In this document: in pieces, positions 45,167 through 55,382 of the stretch
Layout: each line of letters begins with the position of its first letter
Numbering within the stretch: the stretch's first letter is position 1
Virus record (IMG/VR): IMGVR_UViG_3300010883_000017
Span: 9,849 to 73,848 of that record
Length of the DNA stretch: 64,000 bases
Direction: 5' to 3' (one strand)
Source: a virus
Made by a program: the position numbers and the translations under genes
The notes under the pieces: model-generated
Database searches by the model: none
Told to the model about the DNA's origin: nothing
The model's input: only the letters and a program-made list of their open reading frames with translations

Positions 45167-45502
45167 ATGATCCGCAATCGAGGCAATACGAAGGTGAAGA
45201 AGGTATCCGGAAGTCCCTTGACACGGTGGAGCAAGGCAAACGAAGTTGTTGCAGCTGCATTGCGCTCGGTGAAAATAGGTACGGACGCGGGCGAACGACC
45301 GCTCCCGCCCGATGTAGCTAGGCGTATTCTAAATGACGTGAAGAACGGGACCGTTCCGATAGCCATTGCGGATTTGTGTACACTGTCATGTGCATTGGAA
45401 GCGCATGGAGTTAGTACGTCAGATGTAGACGCGATTTATCAAGCAGCGAGTGGCGCGTGGCAAATGCGAATACTGGCGGCAGCAGCGGGTAAAGGAAATT
45501 GA
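45167..45502 (+). CDS. hypothetical protein
   Basis: ORF fills the gap on the coding strand. Confidence 0.45.
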   Translation: MIRNRGNTKVKKVSGSPLTRWSKANEVVAAALRSVKIGTDAGERPLPPDVARRILNDVKNGTVPIAIADLCTLSCALEAHGVSTSDVDAIYQAASGAWQMRILAAAAGKGN

Positions 45503-45517
45503 TTAAAGAAGGGAAAT

Positions 45518-45958
45518 ATGGGAACTAGTATTGTTATTGGAATAGACCCGGGACGATCTGGCGGGCTTGCGTGTATTGGTCCTGGCGATCAAGACGTGCA
45601 GACGTACAAGCTTGATAACACGGACAGGGACGTTTACGAGAAGTTGAAAGAGTTTGTTGAGGTAGCGGATTTCGCATTTCTCGAGAAGGTTCATTCGATG
45701 CCGAAGCAGGGCGTCGCGTCTACGTTTAAGTTTGGTCAATCATTTGGTTTCCTGCAGGGAATTCTTATTGCCTCCGGCGTTCCATTTGAACTGGTAACGC
45801 CGCAGAAGTGGCAGGGCTATCTGAGCTGCCGCACGCGAGGCGACAAAAATATAACCAAATCACGCGCACAGGAATTGTTTCCGGATGTTAAATGCACCCA
45901 TGCGATTTCTGATGCTTTACTGATAGCCGAGTATGGTCGGCGAGTACGGGGAGAATAA
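45518..45958 (+). CDS. RuvC-like Holliday junction resolvase
   Basis: IGIDPG.SGG, LEKV, FKFG, PQKW, DALLIA. Confidence 0.85.
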   Translation: MGTSIVIGIDPGRSGGLACIGPGDQDVQTYKLDNTDRDVYEKLKEFVEVADFAFLEKVHSMPKQGVASTFKFGQSFGFLQGILIASGVPFELVTPQKWQGYLSCRTRGDKNITKSRAQELFPDVKCTHAISDALLIAEYGRRVRGE

Positions 45959-45963
45959 GCACG

Positions 45964-46335
45964 ATGGCTGAAGAAAAAGGACAGATGGATGAAGAAAAAG
46001 TACAAGAGCTAACAGAGCACGCACGAAAACTGGTGGCTGACAGTAAGACTATTCAAATTGCTACGGTCGTGATGCTTAATGCCTGGCGGTTGTATTATTG
46101 TTCAAGAGCAGTGCTGGACAATTACGTTGAGGAAGATGAGAACCTTACAACTGATGAAGAACGTGACGTTGTTAAGAATCTCATAGGCAATTCAATGAAC
46201 ACCGAGGCATTAAAGCCTTATAAGATTGATGAATTAGTAGCCTGCCTTAGCGGGATCTGCATACCCTTCTTGCTAGCGCAGGAAGGTAACATTAGTGAGG
46301 AACTTGAAGAAGAAGGTGATGAAGATGACAGTTAA
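45964..46335 (+). CDS. hypothetical protein
   Basis: Acidic ORF with RBS. Confidence 0.55.
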   Translation: MAEEKGQMDEEKVQELTEHARKLVADSKTIQIATVVMLNAWRLYYCSRAVLDNYVEEDENLTTDEERDVVKNLIGNSMNTEALKPYKIDELVACLSGICIPFLLAQEGNISEELEEEGDEDDS

Positions 46336-47005
46336 TTATTATGTTGGTTGGACGGGGATGCCGTGGAAGACTGATTTGATGCCGGAGCCGACGGCCCCGA
46401 GTAACTACAAGGATCCTGAAAAGATTGCCGCAGCTGTAGCAGAGAAGCGCGCAAAGCAACAAGAGACTGCGGGCAGCGTTCCTATCTATGGAAAATTGGA
46501 GGCAGTCACTGTGCTTGATGAAGCTGGTGAGGTGCTGTTTGGGCATACCTCTGGTGACACGCTCGACGGCGTTGACGATGTGGCGGCCGCGACGGCCTTT
46601 GTCGATTTTCTGCTTGATACGTTTATCTTCCCGACCGAAGATGCGGATTACGAGCTTCGCGTTGCCAGCGAGCCCGCGCGGCTTATCGGGCTTGAAGTTA
46701 AGACGTCTTTGAAGATGGCTGCTATGGAGGTGTTCTCCCGCGAAGGACGTGCCGGCATTCCTATGCGTATGTGGTATCGCCGCACGTTCTGTGTGGACCC
46801 ATTTGAGATGCTGCGCGCTGGTGTGCCGGATCTGACGCTGGACGCTGCCCTATCGTTTGTTGGTAGTACGGCTACTCCAGCTGAGTACCAGCAGGGCGCG
46901 GTCTCGCAGTCGCATGCCACGGCGTGGGCAGCACGCGAGCTTGCAACGCGCATTGGTATCGCGCAGGCCGTTGCAACGGCGCAAACAGAGGCGGCCTCTC
47001 TCTAA
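46325..47005 (+). CDS. hypothetical protein, possibly an inactive exonuclease derivative
   Basis: APSNYKDPEKIA motif as seen in phage PolB-type exonucleases; catalytic DxE absent. Confidence 0.5.
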   Translation: MTVNYYVGWTGMPWKTDLMPEPTAPSNYKDPEKIAAAVAEKRAKQQETAGSVPIYGKLEAVTVLDEAGEVLFGHTSGDTLDGVDDVAAATAFVDFLLDTFIFPTEDADYELRVASEPARLIGLEVKTSLKMAAMEVFSREGRAGIPMRMWYRRTFCVDPFEMLRAGVPDLTLDAALSFVGSTATPAEYQQGAVSQSHATAWAARELATRIGIAQAVATAQTEAASL

Positions 47006-47014
47006 GGAAGTAGT

Positions 47015-47674
47015 ATGAGTACAGAAGGACCCCGTGGTGACGATTCACTAAAACCTGAGGGTTTTAGTGGGCATGACAAATACGAGAAAGGCTTGGCCCC
47101 GATAAGACCTCTCAAGCTAACGCCTGGGATGACACTGTCGACCCTTTCTGAAGAGTATGTTTTCTTTAACCACGGGGTCCTTTTTTCTTATGCCGCGCTA
47201 CCTATCGATCCGGCTGAACAGTATGTAGAAGAGCATGGCTCGCTGATTCGGTTGGTGGTTTCTCCTAGTGTCTTGTTTGATGGTCTGTCTGGTGGAAATC
47301 CTTTATTTTTGGCGTGGGAGCACGCGCTTGTCTTAATCCCACGAGAAGATTGGGAGGGGTTTGCTAATGCAATTTTGCAGACAGCTATTGTGAATAAGGA
47401 AGCGAATTCTTTTTTCCGGCCGTACGTGCGTGAGCTCACCGTTCACGATTGGTTGCAAACGCCGATCGCGTCAAATAGCAGTCAAATTTCGGCTGCCTTG
47501 TTTGGGTTGGATGGGAATAAGGCGTTCATCGGGTTTGCGGAGGCCGGTGGTCGTATACGTGTGCGAGAGGGCGCTCCGCGCCCCGACACGGTTCAGTTTG
47601 GTAAGCAGCTTTTAGCCGGACAGAATCCTTACGATATGTCTGGAGATAATGGGAGAGATTACGATGAAGATTAA
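47015..47674 (+). CDS. hypothetical protein
   Basis: AAGGA RBS. Confidence 0.6.
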   Translation: MSTEGPRGDDSLKPEGFSGHDKYEKGLAPIRPLKLTPGMTLSTLSEEYVFFNHGVLFSYAALPIDPAEQYVEEHGSLIRLVVSPSVLFDGLSGGNPLFLAWEHALVLIPREDWEGFANAILQTAIVNKEANSFFRPYVRELTVHDWLQTPIASNSSQISAALFGLDGNKAFIGFAEAGGRIRVREGAPRPDTVQFGKQLLAGQNPYDMSGDNGRDYDED

Positions 47675-47975
47675 AATCAAGGTTCCGGCCGATTCGGAAG
47701 TAACGTTTGACGAGGTTTCTCGTGAGTTGACGGTCGAGCCCTTTTTCACAAAGAGTGAAGGGCGCGCTACGTGGGCGTGTGTTTCTGTTTGCGGCGATGG
47801 CGGCGCTGAACGACGTACGACACTTCAATGTAGTGGTAAATCTGGGCAGTTGTTTGTGCTGAGCGCAGCGGGTAAAAATACTACAACTGGTTTTGATAAG
47901 TTGGCAGACTATCAGGGCGTACAGAAGAAAAGCGGGATAGACGACGCGGACGATGGTGAGGGGTCTATTCTGTGA
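47664..47975 (+). CDS. hypothetical protein
   Basis: GGAG RBS, overlap. Confidence 0.55.
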   Translation: MKIKIKVPADSEVTFDEVSRELTVEPFFTKSEGRATWACVSVCGDGGAERRTTLQCSGKSGQLFVLSAAGKNTTTGFDKLADYQGVQKKSGIDDADDGEGSIL

Positions 47976-48232
47976 AAACTTACACTAAGACATTTGTAGA
48001 AAGCCGCTATGAGAAGCGGAAGAAGGGCGCGGCTCCTGACGATTGGGAGCACGTTAGTCATACTGAACCAGTAGACGAGCAAGTACGAACTTGGGTAGAT
48101 GCTAGTAGTGCTAATATCATCACTGTGTCTGCTCCGGGGATTGAACATGTGTGGGCAAACAAGGAAATGACACTTAAGTGCATCCTGTTAGCTTACGTGG
48201 TCATTTATGTGCCGGGAAATAATAGCTCATGA
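47972..48232 (+). CDS. hypothetical protein
   Basis: GTGA coupling. Confidence 0.5.
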   Translation: MKTYTKTFVESRYEKRKKGAAPDDWEHVSHTEPVDEQVRTWVDASSANIITVSAPGIEHVWANKEMTLKCILLAYVVIYVPGNNSS

Positions 48233-48618
48233 TAGATGAAATGGACGGTGTGGAAGTTGCGGTGGACGAGCGTCCGCTTTACTACTTAGTGGTGTGTCCG
48301 GACACGGGGTCTCCAAGCGTAGAATTTTACGAAACACTAGACGGGCTAGCTACTAAGTTGATTGAGCTCCAAGATACTGAAGTTACCGTGATGCCTTTCT
48401 GCGGGCGGCGTTTGTATGTGTCAGAAGGTGAGCTGCGGTATCTATTGGACGATGGGCACGCAGATCCTATTCCTTTGTTTACAGTCCCGACGCCCAGCGA
48501 CGGCGACTGGAAGGGGACGGTCCGGTTTGGCGCAGACACGCCCGATCCAGGAATCGCACTAGGAACCCCCGCGGATATTGTTGAAGAAGAGTCCGAGGAA
48601 GAGGAAGAAGAGGACTAA
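48229..48618 (+). CDS. hypothetical acidic protein
   Basis: ATGA coupling; poly-Glu tail. Confidence 0.6.
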   Translation: MIDEMDGVEVAVDERPLYYLVVCPDTGSPSVEFYETLDGLATKLIELQDTEVTVMPFCGRRLYVSEGELRYLLDDGHADPIPLFTVPTPSDGDWKGTVRFGADTPDPGIALGTPADIVEEESEEEEEED

Positions 48619-48672
48619 CTTGCGCCCCTAAACAACGGGCGTAAATGCGTCACTATTACATAGAAGAATAAT

Positions 48673-48708
48673 AGCCCACAGCTGCATATCGCAGTTGTGG
48701 GCTTTTTT
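48673..48708 (+). terminator. intrinsic terminator
   Basis: AGCCCACAGCTGC/GCAGTTGTGGGCT + T run. Confidence 0.75.
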
Positions 48709-48782
48709 ATGTAAGTGGGGCGCGGGGCTGCCTGACGAGGCGGCCCCGCCCCTGTGTTTATTCATTTCACGGAGGAAACGAT

Positions 48783-49019
48783 ATGGACTGTGAACTATGC
48801 GGAAACGAAAAAGCTACCCAATACACAGCGACGGATTGGGGAGAAAGACATATTTGTGACAACTGCGCACCACAGGTGCAGTTAACGATTCCACGGGAAA
48901 GTCCCGGGTTATCCGAAAGTCCTGTGGAAGAGGATCGCTTTAAGACGGCCGCGGAGCGATTCTTGCAAGACTTGGGAATCCCCAGGAATGGAGAGCGGCC
49001 CCCCAATAACCCCAAGTAG
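48783..49019 (+). CDS. small Zn-finger protein
   Basis: GGAGG RBS; CELC..CDNC. Confidence 0.6.
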   Translation: MDCELCGNEKATQYTATDWGERHICDNCAPQVQLTIPRESPGLSESPVEEDRFKTAAERFLQDLGIPRNGERPPNNPK

Positions 49020-49032
49020 AAAAGGAGTGAAC

Positions 49033-49245
49033 ATGCGGGTACTCGGTTTCGACGCTAACGGTAGCGTCATGCCAGTAGATGAACCTGGTGTGGTTCATCA
49101 TTACCGCAACATCCGGCGTGTGCATCCGAACGGGAAGCATGCAAAGGTTGTTCTCGAGACCGAGCCGGGCGAATCCGGCGAGATCATTGAGATTAAGTGG
49201 ACTGTCTTCCGGCGCTGTGTCAGGCGGGCAGAAGAAGTGAATTGA
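49033..49245 (+). CDS. hypothetical protein
   Basis: AAGGAG RBS. Confidence 0.55.
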   Translation: MRVLGFDANGSVMPVDEPGVVHHYRNIRRVHPNGKHAKVVLETEPGESGEIIEIKWTVFRRCVRRAEEVN

Positions 49246-49324
49246 CGTTTTTTAATTTTGAGGAGCCGCATTTTGGCGGGCCTCGTAGGAACCTTAAACC
49301 ATTGACCAATAGAAGGACCAAGTT

Positions 49325-50776
49325 ATGAACATTATCAACACTATTGAAGAACGCTACGAGCACGTGTTGCAGAGCTGTCGCGAAAACATGGCTACCCTTA
49401 CGGGTAAGACCGTTTTTACAGTTCGACAGAACAGACGCGAAGGTACCCCGACCCTTTTTGAAAAGGCCGCCATTCCCATTGAGCACCTCCATGTCCTGGA
49501 TCTGTCTGTGAAGCAGATGCCGAATGGCGATCCAGGCCTGCTCTTTCGGCTGAACAACGCCAAGCCTCCCACTACGCAATACGCGGATACGGTGGGAGTG
49601 GGCGGCCAGGGTCCGCAGCAGGCGTTGGCGATGTGGCTCAATAAGGAGCCCACCAGTGACGGCCGGGGTTCTTGTTTCGGCTGGGGCGATGAGCTCCTCG
49701 CCGTCGCCTTGACTATGGCGGAAGTGCTGGTTAGTAGTCCTGTTAACGGCCCCGTGCAATTGCCGCGGGTCCTTGGGACGAAGCCATCGCAGACGTTGTT
49801 GGAGTCTTTGCAGGCAGCTGCAGAAACTCCGGGAGACTACAGTGTTCTGCGGGCGCAGTGCAGCGGAGAGGTGACCTTTGTCTGTGAAGCGGAGCAGGGT
49901 CTTCCGGGCTATGTGCGCATAGTTCAGCAGTCGGATAGTTCCTCGCCGCTGTCACAGGAGTCTGTTCGGGCGGTTGCACTACCGGAAACTTCCGGCGCGG
50001 TGCAGGATGTTCCGGAGAGTGTGCCCCAGGGTTTCCAACCGCTTGTTGCGGAGGAAAATGTTCCCACCTGTGACGAGGTGGTGATCTTGCCCGGTACGCT
50101 CGCTGTTGTTACGGTTGGTCAGGTGGTCGAGATGGGTGACCCTATTTTGGAGCTGGACCCTGAAGCTGTGGGTCGTCTTTCAGAATCCCAAGTGACTGAC
50201 TTGGCTGCGGTCGTAGAGTTTGCGGCACAATCGGGGCATTGTGCTGCCCTGGCTGTGGACACGCCGGTTATGCATATCGGCACGATGCCTCTATTCGCTG
50301 GTGTCGGTGCTACTATTCCTGCCGGGAAGCTTTACTTTGACATAGTCCAGATGGTTGGTGTCGATGGCGCCCCGGTTTACCAGGTTGTCGACACTGGCCG
50401 TGGGATTATGTCGTCGAGCAACTTGCGGGTTGATCTTCGACCAACCGCCATCTCATGGCCGCGTCAGTCGGATTTTGTCCGGCCGTCAGCAGCGACGATC
50501 CGGCAGCAGGAAACCCGGCAGCGGACTCGAAAGTTACGCGGACTTGGTGAAGAGGCTGCCCTTGCGCAGCTCGTTACCGAGGCCATCGAGTTGCCCAGTC
50601 GTGATTATGATCTAAAACTAGATCATCTCTCGTCGGGACCTTTCCCCTTGGGAGTGGATATGGCGAAAGAGGTCCATACCTTCTCTATGCATATCCGAAT
50701 GGGGGATCACGCTGCGCGTACGCCGGCTGAAAAAGCAGTACTCATTAATGAGTACCTGCAGGGATTTTGGCAGTAG
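49325..50776 (+). CDS. hypothetical protein
   Basis: 483-aa ORF with RBS and downstream terminator. Confidence 0.7.
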   Translation: MNIINTIEERYEHVLQSCRENMATLTGKTVFTVRQNRREGTPTLFEKAAIPIEHLHVLDLSVKQMPNGDPGLLFRLNNAKPPTTQYADTVGVGGQGPQQALAMWLNKEPTSDGRGSCFGWGDELLAVALTMAEVLVSSPVNGPVQLPRVLGTKPSQTLLESLQAAAETPGDYSVLRAQCSGEVTFVCEAEQGLPGYVRIVQQSDSSSPLSQESVRAVALPETSGAVQDVPESVPQGFQPLVAEENVPTCDEVVILPGTLAVVTVGQVVEMGDPILELDPEAVGRLSESQVTDLAAVVEFAAQSGHCAALAVDTPVMHIGTMPLFAGVGATIPAGKLYFDIVQMVGVDGAPVYQVVDTGRGIMSSSNLRVDLRPTAISWPRQSDFVRPSAATIRQQETRQRTRKLRGLGEEAALAQLVTEAIELPSRDYDLKLDHLSSGPFPLGVDMAKEVHTFSMHIRMGDHAARTPAEKAVLINEYLQGFWQ

Positions 50777-50783
50777 TTACTGT

Positions 50784-50825
50784 GAGAGCACCCGGAGCCA
50801 TCACTTCGGGTGCTTTCTTCTTTTT
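50784..50825 (+). terminator. intrinsic terminator
   Basis: GAGAGCACCCGGAG/CTTCGGGTGCTTTC + T run. Confidence 0.7.
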
Positions 50826-50879
50826 GTACTGCGGACAGCTGTGATGGTAGTTGTCCGAAAATTAAGGAAGAGGTGAAAC

Positions 50880-51383
50880 ATGAAGTGGATCCTATGTGCG
50901 GTCTTAACCGCAGTGACTGCGGGTTGTGTTTGCGTACCGTGCGAGGGGGCAGAGTTGTTTGCAAGCCCGCCCGCGCGCATCGTGAAGGTCCATGGCCCGT
51001 GGATGTTAGTGCAACGCGGCGGCGAAAGCTGCTGGATGTACGACCCGTGTTACGCGACAAGAAAGTTGCAAGACTCGGGTAAGAAGGTGTTGAAAGACAC
51101 CGTGAATGTTATTGGCTGTACAGTTGAGACAGCTGGTGACATCGTTGTTGGGGCTGGCGCCCTGGTGGTAGGGACGGGGCACGAGATTCTTCAGCGCACT
51201 CATTGCGCAGTGAAGTGTCTGGTGTGCCCTAAACGTCCGTGCAAACCTGCGCCGAAGCCCAGACCTCCGGAAGTACGGAAGAAGGACCTACGTCCTCCGA
51301 CCATCCTTATTCCGGAGGATGACGGGAAGAAAGACTCGCCTGCCGCGCAAGCGACCAGGCGCTGGATATTAACAGTGAGGTAG
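50880..51383 (+). CDS. putative secreted protein/lipoprotein
   Basis: GAGGTG RBS; MKWILCAVLTAVTAGC signal/lipobox-like start. Confidence 0.55.
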   Translation: MKWILCAVLTAVTAGCVCVPCEGAELFASPPARIVKVHGPWMLVQRGGESCWMYDPCYATRKLQDSGKKVLKDTVNVIGCTVETAGDIVVGAGALVVGTGHEILQRTHCAVKCLVCPKRPCKPAPKPRPPEVRKKDLRPPTILIPEDDGKKDSPAAQATRRWILTVR

Positions 51384-52130
51384 CTCCTTGCTGAAGGGTG
51401 GTGGTGGGGAATCGGAAACCCGTACCCCTCGCCATCACCCACTTTTATACAACTGGCCTCGGAGGGTGTTTCGCCCTCCACGTGAAGAGGTAGTCGGACC
51501 AGGTCCTCACACGACCTCGCTCCGCGACGCCGCGCAGGACTTGGTCCTACGATCGGCATATTGAAAGCATGGAGGCGCCCTGATTCACCTAACAGTGATG
51601 AAGGGCGTCCCTGGTGCTTTCCACCCTACAAGCCCCGGAGAGGTCGCTCCTCCCACGCTCCGAAAGGCGGGCGTCCGGGCAAAGGCCGAGTGGCGGAACT
51701 GGCAGACGCTCAGGACTTAAAATCCTGTGTCCTCACGGACGTGCGGGTTCGAGTCCCGCCTCGGCTACCATAAACCTCCGGAGAGTGTTTCGCTCTCCAC
51801 GTGATGGGGGTTTCCCCGGGCCATCCGCTGGTTTCGCTACGCGAAAACGCAGCTACTGGCCCCGGGGACCAGGTGCGATTGGAGCATAAGGGGTGACGAG
51901 CCACAGCTATCGGGACATTAGTCCCGGGACGCCTAGGGTTCGTTGCCCCTAAATTGCTCCCTCCCATCACACACGAGGTTTCTGCGCAGCTTGTTCGCTG
52001 CGCTCACTGCGCTGCGACGCTGCAGCCGGAGCTGCCGGCCTTCCGCGGCATTCTAAGCATAAGGGACGGCGGAGTGCCGGGGACAGTCTCCTCGCGCATA
52101 AACCGCCGTCCCGGATTGCTTTCTTTCAAT
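51384..52130 (+). ncRNA. candidate large structured ncRNA surrounding tRNA-Leu
   Basis: Continuous succession of long stems, duplicated covarying hairpin, no convincing ORF. Confidence 0.55.
51684..51770 (+). tRNA. tRNA-Leu (anticodon TAA) with encoded CCA
   Basis: GGCCGAG/CTCGGCT acceptor, CAGGA-CTTAAAA-TCCTG, long variable arm, GCGGG-TTCGAGT-CCCGC. Confidence 0.95.
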
Positions 52131-52279
52131 TTTCCCGTTATGGGGTATTCTGTTATGGATAACACAGAGTCATGGTTTAGTACTGTTTGTGTGTGGGTGG
52201 TATCACTTGGTTTTTTTAGTCTGATTTGGAAAGTGGCGGCTCATTTTTTTGAATAATTCAATCCGCCAGTATGGCGGAC

Positions 52280-52300
52280 AGGGCTTCGGCCCTTTTTTTT
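52280..52300 (+). terminator. intrinsic terminator
   Basis: AGGGC-TTCG-GCCCT + T run. Confidence 0.75.
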
Positions 52301-52380
52301 AGCTACCAGGGTTTAAGTACCGTGGCTGCCTTGGCCGCGCTAAGCTACACTTACGTGTGTATTATTGTGGGAGAAGGTTT

Positions 52381-53196
52381 ATGGCGAAGAAGATCGTGGT
52401 GGATCCGTTTTTTGATGGGGTTGCGGTCCCGCCAACAGACGGCGAGGTAGAGTATGCTCCGGTTGAGGATACAGATATTGCTCGGATGTTGCCTCCAGGA
52501 CCTAGCGGGTTACGCGGAACAGTTGTTCCAAAAGCCGCGGCTGACAATTTTGGCGCAACTACTGGTTGGCAGGCTGTAGCTCCTGTTAGAGCTGAGATGC
52601 ATGTGGACCCAGATATACCAGGACAATCTACAGTTGTACGTTTAGATGAGATGGGTGCCGAGCAAATAGCGGCGGCGTTAGCGGCAACTGACGGCGTCGA
52701 TCCCCGCGTTCGGGTGTCCGCAGTCTATAATGCTCTTTCAGAGGGTTCTGTAGCGCCTACCGCGCAGGAGCAGGTTGTCTCCGCGGATATGTCACCACGG
52801 GAGGCTGCGGTGGGACCTTTGCAGGTTTTTAACTCGTCTAAGTCAGCGCCGCCACATAATGAAGTAGTTCAGGCGCCTGATAAAATGCAAACAAGGCCGC
52901 CTACTACGTGGGTTACATTTGAGATTGACGGGTTTGGCGAGCATCGCGCACCGTATCACCGTGTTATACATAGCAACAGCGCCCTTGTGTTAGTGTATGA
53001 TACTAGCTGTGAGGGGGCGCAGCGGTTTTTTCCGCGGACTACGGATCAGCCTCTGGGTGTACATATTGCGGGGGAGTCTGTGGCTTACTATGCGCACACC
53101 ACCGGCATCGAATTTTCTGATGCTGGTGTTGACTATTGCGTACTGTTAGTGGAGCGCGAGGCTCCGTTATCTGCGGATTCCGATGACATGGAGTAA
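52381..53196 (+). CDS. hypothetical protein
   Basis: 271-aa ORF starting the putative late block. Confidence 0.65.
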   Translation: MAKKIVVDPFFDGVAVPPTDGEVEYAPVEDTDIARMLPPGPSGLRGTVVPKAAADNFGATTGWQAVAPVRAEMHVDPDIPGQSTVVRLDEMGAEQIAAALAATDGVDPRVRVSAVYNALSEGSVAPTAQEQVVSADMSPREAAVGPLQVFNSSKSAPPHNEVVQAPDKMQTRPPTTWVTFEIDGFGEHRAPYHRVIHSNSALVLVYDTSCEGAQRFFPRTTDQPLGVHIAGESVAYYAHTTGIEFSDAGVDYCVLLVEREAPLSADSDDME

Positions 53197-53202
53197 TTAA
53201 TT

Positions 53203-53385
53203 ATGCTGGAAAAGAATGGAGAAATTCGTGAGGGGCTTACTCCTCCGGAAGAGTGTAAGGATAAGAAGGTCTCATTACCTGAAGCCGCAGAGGATCTTCT
53301 TAAAGAAGCTGAAGTACGCTTCAAAAGATTGGAAGATCATATGACTACGCGGTCGCATACGCGCGTGACTGAGAATCTTCGCTAG
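53203..53385 (+). CDS. hypothetical protein
   Basis: GGAG RBS. Confidence 0.55.
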   Translation: MLEKNGEIREGLTPPEECKDKKVSLPEAAEDLLKEAEVRFKRLEDHMTTRSHTRVTENLR

Positions 53386-53412
53386 TACGGTCACCAAGGA
53401 TGGAATGCGCTC

Positions 53413-55380
53413 ATGGGCAGTCTCAACTCATTCGGTAACAACTCAACAATGTCTGGAAGAGGTTCGGAAGCATTTCCGGACCCTTTCTGTGATGTTTCAT
53501 CGTTGTACATGCCGGAGACGATGACAGATGCGCTCAGGTGGTGTGAGTACATCTTCATGGCAAACGGCGTTTATCGTCAGGCGTGTGATCGTATTGTTTC
53601 CTACTTCATTACGGAGATAGAAGTAGTTGGCGACGATAGAGAAGAGAAGAATAAGTTTAAGGATTTTCTTTACAACCATGTAGGTATTCAAAACCTACTG
53701 CACACCATTGGCATGGATTACTTGTGCTACGGTAATTCCTTTACTAGTACGATTGTTCCGATTCGCCGGTATCTATCTTGCCCTAAGTGTGGATTAGAGC
53801 TGCCACTAGGAAAGGTCTTTAACGAGCCCGCCTTTAAATTTCAGTGGAAGGGCTTTGAGTTCATGGCTCACTGTCCCAAGTGTAAGCACAGCGGTGCTTG
53901 GAAGCACGTAGATAGGCGCGCACTTGAAGAAGAGAATCTGATTGTCAAGCGCTGGTCGCCGCATGAGATGGAGCTGCTGTACGACCCGTTGACTGATGAT
54001 ACTTCTTATATCTGGAAGATTCCGGAGGATTATAAGAAGCAGGTTAGAGAGGGAACTCTTTACCACCTAGAGCGCGCAAACTGGGAGATTATCCAAGCGG
54101 TTAAAAACGACCAGCATCTTCGTTTTGATAAAGACGTTATTTACCATATGAAAGAGGATGCGCTGGCTGGCGTGGAGAACCGTGGCTGGGGTATTAGTCG
54201 TGTGCTCTCTAACTTTAGGCAGGCTTGGTATGTTCAAGTTTTACATAGATATAACGAAGCAATCGCGCTCGACTACGTGGTCCCATTCCGCGTCCTCACT
54301 CCGATGCCAAGAGGAGGCCCAGGTGAGTTCGGCGATCCTGCCCTCACCCAGGACCTTGGAGGGTTTGCGGCCCGAGTCAATGGTATGCTCAAGAAAAGGC
54401 GCAAAGATCCTGCCGGATGGAACGTACTGCCTTTCCCAATCCAATATCAAGCATTGGGAGGTGACGCCTCTGAGTTGGCTCCTTACCAGCTCATCGAGAT
54501 GGGACGTGACGACCTGCTGAATGCTGTTGGCGTTCCTGTTGAGATGTATAAGGGTACTTTGTCACTGACGACAGCTCCCGCAGCGCTGCGGCTGTTTGAA
54601 TCGAGCTGGAGCCACCTCGTACACAACCTCAATTCGTTTTTAGGTGATCTAGTTAACAAGATTTCTCGCGCATTGTCTTGGGACGATGTGGAAGTGAAAC
54701 TCTCGCGTGTTACACATGCCGACGACCTGAACCGACAGATGGCCAAGCTGCAGCTCATGATGGGACAGCAGATCAGCCAGACGACGGGGCTCAAGTCCGT
54801 GGGCATGGAGTTCGAGGAAGAGACGCGGCGCAAGATGGAAGAGGAGCAGTTTATCGCCGAAGAGACCGCCAAGATGCAGAAACAGATGGAGCAGATGTCT
54901 CAGATGGAAGAGATGGCTCCTCCTGGTGGCGCAGCTGGCGGCGGAATGCCCCCCGGTGGCGATCCTATGGCGGCTGGCGGTGCTCCTCCTCCAGGTGGCG
55001 ATCCTATGGCGGCAGGCGGCGCACCTCCAGCAGGCGGCGCACCTCCAATGGGCGGCGCACCTCCAGCTGGTCCTATGGGAGAAGCTGCCACGCAGTTTAA
55101 TGCGCAACAGCCGTTGCAGCCGCATCAGCCTATCACGCCAGAAGAAATGATGGCAAAGGCCAACGAGCTTGCGCAGCAGTTCATGGGTATGCCAGAGACT
55201 CAGCGGAAGTCTGAGTTGATCAAGCTGAAGCGTACAGATCCTACGTTACATAGTCTTGTGACTAGTGTGATGGATGATATTCGTCAGCAGGCTCGCACAC
55301 AGGGACAGCAACAAGTCCTTGATCAACAGTATGGCGGTGGCCAGGGCGGCGGTGGGATGCCGCCCGGCGGTGCTATGTAA
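53413..55380 (+). CDS. putative portal protein with Zn-ribbon insertion and Pro/Gly/Met-rich tail
   Basis: DYLCYGNSF, IYHMK..GWGIS, LLNAVGVPVE, ISQTTGL resemble portal segments; CPKC x2. Confidence 0.6.
   Translation: MGSLNSFGNNSTMSGRGSEAFPDPFCDVSSLYMPETMTDALRWCEYIFMANGVYRQACDRIVSYFITEIEVVGDDREEKNKFKDFLYNHVGIQNLLHTIGMDYLCYGNSFTSTIVPIRRYLSCPKCGLELPLGKVFNEPAFKFQWKGFEFMAHCPKCKHSGAWKHVDRRALEEENLIVKRWSPHEMELLYDPLTDDTSYIWKIPEDYKKQVREGTLYHLERANWEIIQAVKNDQHLRFDKDVIYHMKEDALAGVENRGWGISRVLSNFRQAWYVQVLHRYNEAIALDYVVPFRVLTPMPRGGPGEFGDPALTQDLGGFAARVNGMLKKRRKDPAGWNVLPFPIQYQALGGDASELAPYQLIEMGRDDLLNAVGVPVEMYKGTLSLTTAPAALRLFESSWSHLVHNLNSFLGDLVNKISRALSWDDVEVKLSRVTHADDLNRQMAKLQLMMGQQISQTTGLKSVGMEFEEETRRKMEEEQFIAEETAKMQKQMEQMSQMEEMAPPGGAAGGGMPPGGDPMAAGGAPPPGGDPMAAGGAPPAGGAPPMGGAPPAGPMGEAATQFNAQQPLQPHQPITPEEMMAKANELAQQFMGMPETQRKSELIKLKRTDPTLHSLVTSVMDDIRQQARTQGQQQVLDQQYGGGQGGGGMPPGGAM
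54919..55075 (+). repeat. coding repeats (GGDPMAAGGAPP / GGAPP)
   Basis: GGTGGCGATCCTATGGCGGC x2; GGCGGCGCACCTCCA x3. Confidence 0.8.
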
Positions 55381-55382
55381 CT

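Noticed and set aside
51561-52150. Short ORFs around tRNA-Leu
   Set aside because: They overlap the tRNA and dense RNA stems and have no recognisable motifs
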